From an uncultured Clostridia bacterium (GTDB lineage: Bacteria; Bacillota; Clostridia; Christensenellales; Borkfalkiaceae): a stretch of 64,000 bases of DNA. The notes below the pieces were generated by a model. It ran no database searches. It saw nothing but the letters and a program-made list of their open reading frames with translations, and was not told where the DNA came from. The first letter of the stretch is position 1; the number at the start of each line of letters is the position of its first letter. Positions 1 to 10,116 of the stretch are shown piece after piece. Made by a program: the position numbers and the translations under genes. The stretch covers positions 1,142 through 65,141 of the forward strand of contig CALAFO010000047.1 of the NCBI GenBank assembly GCA_937892545.1, given 5' to 3'.

Positions 1-1
1 C

Positions 2-511
2 TGCCGCTATCTGAATCTGGATATGGCGATTGAAAAAAATCGTTATCCCCGCGACTTCAAGCGTTGGCACGATATCCGTATTGACGAATACGCCACCGCA
101 AAAGCGGTACAGGACAAAAAAGAACGGAAAGCCTTTTACGATACTTTCGCCGCCGTTGCAAACAAGTATTCGGGGCTTGAATACGATAATAAGTCCGTTT
201 ATATCGCCGTGATTGCGCAAAGTCCTGCCGAGCTTATCCGTGAAGGCGAATTGCTCGATCATTGCGTTGGTCGGATGGGGTACGATCAGAAATTCGCGCG
301 GGAAGAATCTCTGATTTTCTTTATTCGCACGAAAGAACACCCCGACGTTCCGTTCGTTACCGTTGAATACTCGCCGAGCCGAAGAAAAATACTGCAATGT
401 TACGCTTATCACGATTCTACGCCCGACGACGGCGTTTTGCAATTTGTCAATCTCACGTGGCTGCCCTATGCGAATAAGAAACTTCGCAAAATTCAAAGGT
501 CCGCCGCGTGA
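2..511 (+). CDS. PcfJ-like domain protein, C-terminal part (5' end lies outside the window)
   Basis: Frame is open from base 2 (CRYLNLD precedes the listed Met at 23). The conserved block LIREGELLDHCVGRMGY...LIFFIR...PFVTVEY is the core I associate with PcfJ-like proteins of conjugative/integrative elements. Stop at 509-511. Confidence 0.6.
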   Translation, partial: CRYLNLDMAIEKNRYPRDFKRWHDIRIDEYATAKAVQDKKERKAFYDTFAAVANKYSGLEYDNKSVYIAVIAQSPAELIREGELLDHCVGRMGYDQKFAREESLIFFIRTKEHPDVPFVTVEYSPSRRKILQCYAYHDSTPDDGVLQFVNLTWLPYANKKLRKIQRSAA

Positions 512-539
512 TTTGCTTTTTACAGGAGATTTTTTATTT

Positions 540-1349
540 ATGAAACCTTTTACTTTTGATTTCGATTTCGATACTTGTTCTTATTCCGAAAACGTTGCAT
601 TAAAACCTTTTAAGCCGGTTAAACACCCCCAGCAACCGCAAAACCTTTGCCCGTATCCGATCCCTTCGCTCGACGAGATTATCAATGATATCAACAACGA
701 AAGTCGCAACGTGGATAAATCAAAATTCGTTTCCGATTTATTCGAATGCGGCGCACTTGCGATTGCTAACACCGTTGATTTAATACAAAAAGATAAACGC
801 GAAGAACGTTACAAGCAGGTTATGTCCGCCTACCCGCTTTCCGTAAGACAAGCACTTGCCGACATTTTCGCGAAATTATTTGCTCTGCTTTCGTCCTGCG
901 TTTACGATAACGGTCGCTTCGGCGATCATCTGGGCGAATTGTTTATGCGGTGTGATCTCGGAAACGGCAACAAGGGGCAATTTTTTACGCCGTATCATAT
1001 TTCAAAGTTTATGGCAGAAGTAACGCTCGGTGAGAAAAACGCGATTGCTTTAACCGAAAACGACGGCATTATTTCTATCTACGATCCGTGTTGCGGCGGG
1101 GGCGGAATGGCGATTGCCGCTCTTGACGTTTTGAAAAATACTTACAATATCAATTACGCCCGACATTGCTTCATCGACTGTTCCGACATTGATTTACGGT
1201 GCGTGCATATGACGTATTTGCAGTTGGCTTTGGCGGGCGTTCCCGCGATTGTCCGACACCGGAACTCTCTTACCTTAGAAACGTGGTCGGTCTGGAAAAC
1301 GCCCGCCTTTTTTCTTCAATATCCGCGCTTTATGAAATACGACAAATAA
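540..1349 (+). CDS. N6-adenine DNA methyltransferase-like protein, SAM-binding part only
   Basis: ATG at 540 inside the 363..1349 ORF. GQFFTPYHISKFM and IYDPCCGGGGMAIAAL resemble the FxTP block and motif I (DPxCGxGG) of N6_Mtase/HsdM-type enzymes. The protein ends 24 aa after ...VRHRNSL with no (D/N)PP(Y/F) motif. Confidence 0.55.
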   Translation: MKPFTFDFDFDTCSYSENVALKPFKPVKHPQQPQNLCPYPIPSLDEIINDINNESRNVDKSKFVSDLFECGALAIANTVDLIQKDKREERYKQVMSAYPLSVRQALADIFAKLFALLSSCVYDNGRFGDHLGELFMRCDLGNGNKGQFFTPYHISKFMAEVTLGEKNAIALTENDGIISIYDPCCGGGGMAIAALDVLKNTYNINYARHCFIDCSDIDLRCVHMTYLQLALAGVPAIVRHRNSLTLETWSVWKTPAFFLQYPRFMKYDK

Positions 1350-1379
1350 ATTTTTTAAATTCTACAAGGAGATTTTACT

Positions 1380-1667
1380 ATGAATCACTACTATCGCATT
1401 ACCGCTTATCACAAAAATTCAAATGTTTGCCTGATTGCCGACAGCAACGGTAAATTTGAAAAACTGTGGCAATTTTCATCGTTTTTCGTATGCAAAGGCT
1501 TTGAGATTGTTTCCGTTGCCAAAGAAGAGAATTTATCGTTCGGCAATATCCCGAAAGCGAACGCCGATTCGCACAACATTTTAATTCGCGCCTGCGGGAA
1601 AGGCAAGCCTGCCGTTTCGGACAATGAAGTTACCGTAAACGGAAAACATTATTTCGTAAATTCTTAA
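1380..1667 (+). CDS. hypothetical small protein (element-associated)
   Basis: 95-aa ORF preceded by AAGGAG (1366-1371) and followed by a hairpin terminator. No motif recognised. Confidence 0.4.
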   Translation: MNHYYRITAYHKNSNVCLIADSNGKFEKLWQFSSFFVCKGFEIVSVAKEENLSFGNIPKANADSHNILIRACGKGKPAVSDNEVTVNGKHYFVNS

Positions 1668-1716
1668 TTTGAAATAGTTTTTTATAATTTGCAATTTTAA
1701 CCATCAATAAAAAGTT

Positions 1717-1749
1717 CAAAGCCCTACGCATATAATGCGTAGGGCTTTG
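1717..1749. terminator. bidirectional hairpin terminator
   Basis: caaagccctacgca-tataa-tgcgtagggctttg: a perfect 14-bp inverted repeat between the converging ORF 1380..1667 (+) and the tRNA (-). Confidence 0.5.
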
Positions 1750-1757
1750 CTAAGTAT

Positions 1758-1835
1758 TGGTGTACCCGCTGGGGCTCGAACCCAGAAATCGACGGCGTCG
1801 GAGGCCGTAATGTTATCCAATTACACCACGAGTAC
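1758..1835 (-). tRNA. tRNA-Arg (anticodon CCG), CCA encoded
   Basis: Reverse complement folds by hand as a cloverleaf. Acceptor GTACTCG/CGGGTAC; D-arm GTGT-AATTGGATA-ACAT; anticodon arm ACGGC-CTCCGAC-GCCGT (CCG); T-arm CTGGG-TTCGAGC-CCCAG; A73-CCA. The variable loop is 6 nt (CGATTT), one longer than usual. A TATAAT on the minus strand lies at 1863-1868. Confidence 0.8.
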
Positions 1836-2003
1836 ATTTATGTCGATTTTACCCCAACACCAATTATAGGCTTTTGCATAACACCTTTCAGGGTGTAATT
1901 TTGGGTGTAAAATTTTTATGCATTTTCTGAAATTGCGGTTTTTAACTCCTTTTTCACTGGTTTTCCTACGTTTTGCGGGGTCCGTTTTCCGTTCCCTTTC
2001 TAT

Positions 2004-2042
2004 GTCGGAGGCTCTAATGGTATCCAATTCCACCACGGGCAC
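2004..2042 (-). pseudogene. orphan 5' half of a tRNA-Arg(CCG)-like gene (acceptor 5' strand through anticodon loop)
   Basis: gtcggaggctctaatggtatccaattccaccacgggcac aligns to 1797-1835 of the intact tRNA with 33/39 identities by hand alignment. The D-stem change is compensatory (G13-C22 instead of T13-A22). Homology ends right after the anticodon loop, and no 3' anticodon-stem strand follows. Confidence 0.65.
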
Positions 2043-2222
2043 ATTTTCGGTTTCTATAGGCACAATTCCGCCCTTCGGTAAACCTTTTTCCTTTTTCTCT
2101 ATCTATTTTACTCTTTTTCGCTTTATTTTTGCAAGCGTTTATGCTATAATATTCTTAAATTTTTTCAAAAATTTTTCCGTCCGCGCGATTTTTGCGTATT
2201 TTTCCTGCGTTTCGTCGTCTGA

Positions 2223-3489
<1,267 letters not shown>

Positions 3490-3539
3490 GCAAAAAACGC
3501 GTTCAACGCGCCTATACCCCGCACGAACCGAATTTAAAT

Positions 3540-3737
3540 TTAATGACATCCCCCGCACGTGGCGCAATGCCCCGTGCATTTTTTTGTCTGTTTTCCCGTA
3601 GCGGAATACATTTCTCCCGAATAATCGCGCTGCGTTTCTCCGCCGCAATCGGGACACACCACCGTATCCGTGTGCGATTTCACCAACTCCTCGAAACGCT
3701 TTCCGCATTTTTTGCATTTGTATTGTAAAATCGGCAT
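3540..3737 (-). CDS. FmdB-family zinc-ribbon protein
   Basis: MPILQYKCKKCGKRFE...VVCPDCGG gives two CxxC pairs typical of the FmdB/CxxC_CxxC_SSSS family. Start moved to the Met at 3737 inside the 3540..3803 ORF. Hairpin plus T6 terminator downstream at about 3494-3515. Confidence 0.7.
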   Translation of the reverse strand: MPILQYKCKKCGKRFEELVKSHTDTVVCPDCGGETQRDYSGEMYSATGKQTKKCTGHCATCGGCH

Positions 3738-3872
3738 TTTATCCTCCTCTGTTTCTTCTTTCGCGCGCCGCTTCCGCGCGCACCGTACCACGATAATACG
3801 CATATTATACTCCTTTTTTCCGAAAAACGCAAGCGTTCGGCGCCTGCCTCTACCGCGCCCCTTTTTTACTTT

Positions 3873-5345
3873 TTATACAATCGCTTCGCCGTTTAAAAAC
3901 GAAGAAAACAGCCCCGATACATCCACGCCGGAGCGTTCGAACGACGCCACCAGATCCGCAGGCGTCGCGATTTTGTACGCGCATGCCTCCACATACGCCT
4001 TCAGCGCTTTTTCCACCGTCTTTTTCCCCACCGATTTTTCCAATGCCGAAAACAGCATCAGCCCTTTATCGTACGCAATCGCACGGTATTCGTAGTCGCC
4101 CGCGTAATCGCCAAGCGGTCGGCTCATCCGCGTATCCGTGCCGTGAAACACCCGCGAATAAACGCTGTAATATGCGTGATATTCCTGTTCCGCCGAGCGG
4201 ATCAACGTTTCTTTATCGATGCCGTACTGTTTGTATTCGCCGAAAAAGCACGCCGCCGAATACTCCGCCGCGCCCTCGTCCTGCCACGCCTCTTCCGCTG
4301 CGTTGCTGCCCACCAGCGCATACCACCACTGATGCGCCGTTTCATGCGCCGTCGCGTATATTTTCTCTTCTTCCGCAAGCCCTGCGGCAAGCAAAGACAG
4401 CGCCGGATATTCCATCCCGCCGTAGCAGAAACCCGTCTGCGCCACGGAATACGTTCCGTAGGGGTATGCCCCGTAGGTTTCGGAATAATATTCGAGGGCA
4501 TCGCGCGCCGTGCCCAACGTTTTCTGCGGTTCGGCATCGTCGGTATAATAATATTTCACCGCGGTGTCGGCATTTTTCGAAGTTTTCGCTTTACATTCCG
4601 CCACTTTGAATTTTTCGGAACACACAAACGCGAAATCGCGCATATTTTTCCCTTCGTACCGGCAGGTTTTCAGCCCGTTTTCCCCCGTTTCCGCAGAAAG
4701 TTCCCGCCCGGAAGCCGCCACGACGTAATTTTCGGGCAACGTCAGCGAAACGTCGTAATCCGCGCAATCCGAAACAAACGGATCTCCCTCGGAAGCGTAC
4801 ACGTTTTCGTAAAAACCGTTGCCGTATACCCCGCAGAGAATCGGATAAAAATTACCGAGATTCACCGCGTGTTCCGATACGCCGAAACGATGATTCACCG
4901 CAGGCAGGGTGGCGGCGAACGAGATTTTCAGCGTAACTTTTTCGCCGGTTTCCGGCGGCGACAACAGCGAAACGCAAAGCAGGTTGCAATCCTCGCCCTC
5001 GATCGCCCATTCTCCGCCGCCCTCTACGCCAAGAATTTCAATTTTTCCGTACGATTTTCCCGCATAGTATGCCGATTCTTCCATGCTTCCGGAAACAGGC
5101 TTATATACGGCGTCCTCGCGGTATGCGTTCGGGTACAGATTGAATTTGAGCGCCGCGGGCGCGCTGTCCCGACGGTTTTCGTACGCAAACGTTTCCTCGC
5201 CCGTCAACGTGCGCGTTTCCGGATGATACTCCAGCCGCAATTCGTACGAAGCCGGCGCGGATTCCTCCGTTTTTTTGCACGCCGCGCCCCACGGCACAAA
5301 TACGGCGGCAAAAATCAGACACAGCAAAACGCGCAGTTTTTTCAT
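3873..5345 (-). CDS. M1-family zinc metallopeptidase, lipoprotein
   Basis: Signal peptide with lipobox (...PWGAAC). Gluzincin signature HETAHQWWY followed by E at the M1 spacing (AWQDEGAAEY). Confidence 0.8.
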   Translation of the reverse strand: MKKLRVLLCLIFAAVFVPWGAACKKTEESAPASYELRLEYHPETRTLTGEETFAYENRRDSAPAALKFNLYPNAYREDAVYKPVSGSMEESAYYAGKSYGKIEILGVEGGGEWAIEGEDCNLLCVSLLSPPETGEKVTLKISFAATLPAVNHRFGVSEHAVNLGNFYPILCGVYGNGFYENVYASEGDPFVSDCADYDVSLTLPENYVVAASGRELSAETGENGLKTCRYEGKNMRDFAFVCSEKFKVAECKAKTSKNADTAVKYYYTDDAEPQKTLGTARDALEYYSETYGAYPYGTYSVAQTGFCYGGMEYPALSLLAAGLAEEEKIYATAHETAHQWWYALVGSNAAEEAWQDEGAAEYSAACFFGEYKQYGIDKETLIRSAEQEYHAYYSVYSRVFHGTDTRMSRPLGDYAGDYEYRAIAYDKGLMLFSALEKSVGKKTVEKALKAYVEACAYKIATPADLVASFERSGVDVSGLFSSFLNGEAIV

Positions 5346-5349
5346 AAAA

Positions 5350-5384
5350 AATAACCTCCCGAAAAAATTCTTCGGCAGGTTATT
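5350..5384 (-). terminator. hairpin + U-tract between the M23 and M1 peptidase genes, overlapping the M1 SD
   Basis: Minus-strand RNA AAUAACCUGCCGAA-GAAUUUU-UUCGGGAGGUUAUU-UUUUAUG pairs at 13/14 bp. The 3' arm contains GGGAGG, and the M1 AUG follows 4 nt (UUUU) after the stem. Confidence 0.5.
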
Positions 5385-5465
5385 GTATGCCGCGCGCGCG
5401 GCGTTTATGACGCGCGGCTTCTTTTCCGTTTTAACGTTTTTCCGAAAAGTATGCCGTCGGGCGGA

Positions 5466-6122
5466 TTACTTTTCTTCCATCGTGAGATACTTCGAAGGGT
5501 CTACGGAAGAACCGTCCTCTATCACCTCGAAATGCAGGTGCGCGCCCTCTTTGTATTCCGCACCGGTAGCCGCAGCCACGGCGGCGATTTCCTGCCCGCG
5601 CGTTACGCTGTCGCCCGCTTTCAGTCCCGCGGCAACGTCCACGTATTCGTAAACGGTACGCACGTCGTTCGCATGCCTGATAACGATTTTCCCTCCGCAG
5701 AGCAAATCGGAAGTATACACTTCTTCGATAACGCCGTCGTCTGCGGCAAACACCTTATCTCCCGCCGTTGCGGCAAAATCGATTCCGCCGTGCAGGTGGT
5801 AACAATTCAGCGTTTTATTGTAGTAAAATCCGTACTGGTTCAACGAATTCATATTCGCCACGGGCGCGTAGAATCCGTCCGGTTTCGTTACGGGCGCGGG
5901 TTCGTCGGGCTTGTCCGGTTCGGAAGGTCCCGCGGGCTCGTCGCCGCCGGGCGTTACGATTTCGCCGGGATCGGGTACGCCGGCAATATCGTCTTTTCTG
6001 CCGGAAAGCGCCACCGCCGTAATTACGATTGCCGCCGCCAGCAGCACGGCGATACAGCCGAGCACCGCATAAAAGTACGATCTCGTGCCTTTCTTCACTG
6101 CTTTTTCGCTTTGTTCTTTCAT
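5466..6122 (-). CDS. M23/LytM-family peptidase, membrane anchored
   Basis: N-terminal TM helix, Pro/Glu-rich linker, HGGIDFAA (HxxxD) and GAHLHFEV (HxH) motifs. Confidence 0.8.
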   Translation of the reverse strand: MKEQSEKAVKKGTRSYFYAVLGCIAVLLAAAIVITAVALSGRKDDIAGVPDPGEIVTPGGDEPAGPSEPDKPDEPAPVTKPDGFYAPVANMNSLNQYGFYYNKTLNCYHLHGGIDFAATAGDKVFAADDGVIEEVYTSDLLCGGKIVIRHANDVRTVYEYVDVAAGLKAGDSVTRGQEIAAVAAATGAEYKEGAHLHFEVIEDGSSVDPSKYLTMEEK

Positions 6123-6238
6123 TATGTTTTTATCTCCTTTTTGGTTTCGGTAGTACGGTTATTGACCGTTTTTTCCCGTTTTATACAGCCGATTTATAAA
6201 AATTTTTCATCTGTTCCGCAGCAAAGCCGCGGCAACGC

Positions 6239-6730
6239 TTAATACCCGCTGAAAACAAGCGGCACGCCGAGTATCGCTTCTCCGCCGCGGAACACCACCT
6301 GCAGATTGACGAAACAATTTCCTATTTTTTTCGCGCGCGCCGCGCCGATTTTATCGGAATAACAATAGTACGAAATCGCGCCGCCCGCCTCTTCCGTAAA
6401 ACACACTTCCGCGTTCAACTTCTTTGAAACCGCGCTTAAAATCCCCTCGCGCGCCGCCGCATTTTCCGCAGAAAATTCGTATACGGCAGCCTCGCCGCGC
6501 ACGGCAAAAAGCTGCAGAAAATCCGGATTTTCCGTAAAGCCGCCGCTCGATGACGCGGAATACAGCGTATACACCCCGCTCTTTTTCGAAACGTCCTCGT
6601 CGCCGCCGCGCAAAACCCCGCAAAGCGGAAACACCGACGGCAGCGCAAAAATACAAACGATCGCCGCCGAAAGCAGCGCCGCGAAAAACGCACGCAGATA
6701 TACGATTGACGAACGGATAAATTCCGCCAT
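6239..6730 (-). CDS. hypothetical membrane-anchored protein (possibly YwmB/DUF1779-like)
   Basis: Start set at the Met of MAEFIRSS. One N-terminal TM helix. The C-terminal ...AILGVPLVFSGY loosely recalls YwmB-type proteins. Family call is weak. Confidence 0.4.
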   Translation of the reverse strand: MAEFIRSSIVYLRAFFAALLSAAIVCIFALPSVFPLCGVLRGGDEDVSKKSGVYTLYSASSSGGFTENPDFLQLFAVRGEAAVYEFSAENAAAREGILSAVSKKLNAEVCFTEEAGGAISYYCYSDKIGAARAKKIGNCFVNLQVVFRGGEAILGVPLVFSGY

Positions 6731-7045
6731 ATTTTTTCCTTTCTCCTTTCCGCGAAAGTTTGCGCCGCGGCACCGCTTTTTTGCAGCAACCAAACGACGA
6801 AAAAGATTATAGCCCGATTCTCAAAAAATATACGCTTTGCATATAATATAAAAAATCGATTGTATTGCATTGAAAAATCGATAAATAAAATAGCGAAAAA
6901 CACTTGCATTCTTGGTTGAAAAATTATATAATAAATAATACAAAGCAAAACGGCATTACGAAAGACAGAAAAAGATAAAATTTATCATTTTTTGGCTTAA
7001 TACAACATTTTTTCGGGAAAATATGGAAATGTACGCCCAAAACGC

Positions 7046-7074
7046 TTGCGTATTTTACAAAAGCAAGGTATAAT
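7046..7074 (+). promoter_or_regulatory. sigma-A-type promoter upstream of 7107..8405
   Basis: TTGCGT - 17 nt - TATAAT (7046-7051 / 7069-7074). Confidence 0.5.
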
Positions 7075-7106
7075 GAAGATACAAAAAGCCTTAAGGAGGA
7101 AATTAT

Positions 7107-8405
7107 ATGAAAGGCAAATTAAAAACTGTTTTTGTATCTCTTTCCATGGCATTTCTGTTTCTTCTTGCCTGCGCGTTCCCCATGCTCGGCGGGTTTAACG
7201 CGGCGGCAGCGGAAAACGACGAGCCGACAAGCGGACACCTCTACTATTTCAGCGACAGCGCGGAAAGCGCCGCACGGTGCCGGCAATTTGTTGCCGACGG
7301 ACTGATAAACACGTATACGCGGTATTATTACACAACCAATACATTTACCGATACTTTCAAAGCAAACTTTAAAGAAGGCGACTATAACGATATTTCAGAT
7401 TCTTACGTCATTTTCGAAATGACGTCCGCCGAACTCACGGAGGAAATAGACGACGGCTCGACAACACTTTTTACCGACGTTCTTGCAGACTTTTTCAGCT
7501 ATTTAAAATCGAATGGCTGCAAAATTATGTTTATCAGCGCCACCGACGAAGCTCGTTACACGCCCGACCCCACAAACTACGGCGAAAATCCCTACAGCAC
7601 TTTTTTAGATTACGTTGATATCCACGTAAAAGTAGATTTCTTCTTCACCTTTACTTATAACATTTATTATCGCGCGCAGGCAGGCAACACTACTACCGAT
7701 ACGCCGTTTAAACATACTTCGTTTCTGTTAGATTCCGCCATGTTCTACGATGACGTTTCGAAAAAGATTTCAAATTCGGCGTTTGGATATTATTTTGTAC
7801 CGCACATTTTAGACTATCAAAGAGAACTGATAGAAGGCACGCAGTCTCCACTTTCAGACGTACTCGATCATTTTAAAATTAAAGTGTTTTATTACAATAT
7901 GCCGAATATCTGGGTGCAAATTTTGTCGCAATCGACTCAGTTTTCTTACGAATTCAGCGACAACAACACCGGCGACTTATTCGACGCCATCAACAATGGC
8001 GCTTATTGCGCCATTGGCACCAGCTGGGGCGGGGAAGAATATATGAACAGCTGGCTGGAACAGATGCAATCGATTCAGGCAGCTTACGAGTTATCATTCC
8101 CCGTATATCTTTATAACAGCGACGGCTACGAAATAACCGTTGAAGAGCCGCAGAATTTGTATCAGTTAGGAAAAATTTCTTATGAATACATTTACAACAA
8201 GTTTCTCGGCGAAGAAGACCTTTCTGAGTACAATAACGTTGTCGGAAGATGCGAGGTTACTCATTCTCCCATGTTAGCCGGCGATGGGGGGTGGATGATA
8301 GACCCCGGTGCTGCAGGCGACGCGGTTTCCATGCGCGGCTGGCAAAAAATTATGTCTCCCGAAGACGCAGAATACTTCCGCCATTACCCGTATAACGATC
8401 TTTAA
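7107..8405 (+). CDS. secreted hypothetical protein
   Basis: RBS AAGGAGGA. Signal peptide MKGKLKTVFVSLSMAFLFLLACAFPMLGGFNAAAA. AT-richer codon usage than the flanks. No motif recognised. Confidence 0.6.
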   Translation: MKGKLKTVFVSLSMAFLFLLACAFPMLGGFNAAAAENDEPTSGHLYYFSDSAESAARCRQFVADGLINTYTRYYYTTNTFTDTFKANFKEGDYNDISDSYVIFEMTSAELTEEIDDGSTTLFTDVLADFFSYLKSNGCKIMFISATDEARYTPDPTNYGENPYSTFLDYVDIHVKVDFFFTFTYNIYYRAQAGNTTTDTPFKHTSFLLDSAMFYDDVSKKISNSAFGYYFVPHILDYQRELIEGTQSPLSDVLDHFKIKVFYYNMPNIWVQILSQSTQFSYEFSDNNTGDLFDAINNGAYCAIGTSWGGEEYMNSWLEQMQSIQAAYELSFPVYLYNSDGYEITVEEPQNLYQLGKISYEYIYNKFLGEEDLSEYNNVVGRCEVTHSPMLAGDGGWMIDPGAAGDAVSMRGWQKIMSPEDAEYFRHYPYNDL

Positions 8406-8511
8406 CGTTTCGTTACGGGCTATCTGAACCAAACGAAAGCGTGCGGAGCATTTTTCCAAAAAATTCCGCACGCTTTTTGTTTTTATAATTTTATTATTTT
8501 AAGGAGCGCCT

Positions 8512-10026
8512 ATGTTATCCCGCGTGAAAAAGTTTGCCGTATTTACGTTTTTTATCTGTTTACTTTCGGCGTTTGCCGCCTGCAACCGGCAAAAAGAAAA
8601 TTTCCTTCCGCCCGAAAATATCCGCGTGGAAAACGATTATCTGCTTTGGGATGCTACGCCGCATACCGAATGGTACCTTGTGGATATCGACGGCACCGAA
8701 TACGAAGCCGACGAGCCTTCGCTGGATTTGTTTATGATTACCACCGCGCCGACAACGTACCGGATACAAATCAGAAGCGTAGGCGACGATACGTTCGATT
8801 ATCAGAAATCGGCTTGGTCTGCTCCGTACGAATACGAACTGAAAGCCCCCCCACTTCTTGTACAAGAATATAAAACCGGCGAATACGAAATCAAGGCGGA
8901 TAAACCGGAATCTTTGCAGGGCAAAATTGTTATTCCCTCTTCCGTAAACGGAAAACCCGTTACAAAAATCGCGAACTACACTTTTTATAAAGCAAAAAAC
9001 ATAACCAGCGTCGTCATTCCGGATTCCGTCCTTGAAATCGGATATGAGGCATTCAAAGAATGCCTCTCTTTACAACGTATACGGTTACCCAAAAATATTA
9101 AAATTTTAAACCACTCTGCGTTCGAATACTGTACATCTTTGCAGGAAATAGCAATTCCCGTCTGCAACGAAATCGGAGACTACGTTTTTGAGAACTGCAC
9201 CTCTTTAAAAAAGCTGCATATTCCGCAACAAGTGAAAAAAATCGGAACGTTCCTCACGGCTGCCTGCCATAATCTTACAGAACTTAGCGTAGACGAGAAA
9301 AATATGTTTTACAAAAGCGAAGGGAACTGCATTATTGAACAAGCTACAAACAAAGTAATAGCAGGCTGCAATACAAGCGTTATCCCCGATGGGGTTAAAA
9401 TTATCGGACGTTCCGCTTTTTCTTTTTTCTCTCTGCCAAACGGCATATCCATTCCCTCCTCTGTTGAAAAAATTGAATATGCAGCCTTTTACTATTGTAA
9501 AAACACCTCTTTCTTTATTCCGGAAAATGTTACTACGCTGGAGTCTTCTTTTATCACACACGGCACACAAGTTACTTCTTTGGAAGTAGCCGAAAGTAAC
9601 CCTGCTTATAAAAGCGAAGGGAATTGCATTATCGAAAAAGCTACTGGAAAGCTTGTAGCCGCTTGCAACATAAGCGTAATTCCGCAAGGCGTTAAAATTA
9701 TCGGTGCCGGTACCTGCGCGTGGCTGCAGGCGGAAGAAATCGTCATTCCTCACGGGGTGGAAATCATTGAAATGGAAGCTTTTTACAATTCTGCTTTTAA
9801 AAAAGTAGTTCTGCCGGATACGCTTACGGAAATCGGTATAGCAGCTTTTATGTATTGCTCTAATCTGACCGAAATTTCTTTTCCCGCAAGTATAAAGCTT
9901 ATTGATTTTATGGCGTTCTATAGTTGTCCGAAATTACCCACGTTATATATTCCGGAAAACACTGAAATAAGAGGTGCTTTTTCCGGCACAAAAATAGTCC
10001 GCGTTCCCTCTCAGGCTACTTCGTAA
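8512..10026 (+). CDS. leucine-rich-repeat (BspA-type) lipoprotein, copy A1
   Basis: Lipobox LSAFAAC. An N-terminal ~90-aa beta-rich module (ENIRVENDYLLWD...). Repeated xIPxSVxxIGxxAFxxCxxL units typical of LRR_5/BspA-like surface proteins. Confidence 0.8.
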   Translation: MLSRVKKFAVFTFFICLLSAFAACNRQKENFLPPENIRVENDYLLWDATPHTEWYLVDIDGTEYEADEPSLDLFMITTAPTTYRIQIRSVGDDTFDYQKSAWSAPYEYELKAPPLLVQEYKTGEYEIKADKPESLQGKIVIPSSVNGKPVTKIANYTFYKAKNITSVVIPDSVLEIGYEAFKECLSLQRIRLPKNIKILNHSAFEYCTSLQEIAIPVCNEIGDYVFENCTSLKKLHIPQQVKKIGTFLTAACHNLTELSVDEKNMFYKSEGNCIIEQATNKVIAGCNTSVIPDGVKIIGRSAFSFFSLPNGISIPSSVEKIEYAAFYYCKNTSFFIPENVTTLESSFITHGTQVTSLEVAESNPAYKSEGNCIIEKATGKLVAACNISVIPQGVKIIGAGTCAWLQAEEIVIPHGVEIIEMEAFYNSAFKKVVLPDTLTEIGIAAFMYCSNLTEISFPASIKLIDFMAFYSCPKLPTLYIPENTEIRGAFSGTKIVRVPSQATS

Positions 10027-10116
10027 ACGCCTTTTCTCGCACTGTGTGCGGGGAATTTTCAAACAAATCCGCACGCTTTCACTCTATTCTTTATCGTTTT
10101 TCCGGAGGGTATTTTT

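Noticed and set aside
4143-5354. Long ORFs antisense to, or out of frame with, well-supported genes. Examples: 4143..5354 +, 22036..22989 -, 23596..24897 -, 28175..29254 +, 34709..35875 +, 40296..41117 +, 57934..58944 -, 61633..62784 -.
   Set aside because: They are Arg/Gly/Pro-rich and low in complexity, as expected for shadow frames in GC-rich coding DNA. They lack RBSs and fully overlap genes with strong motif support.
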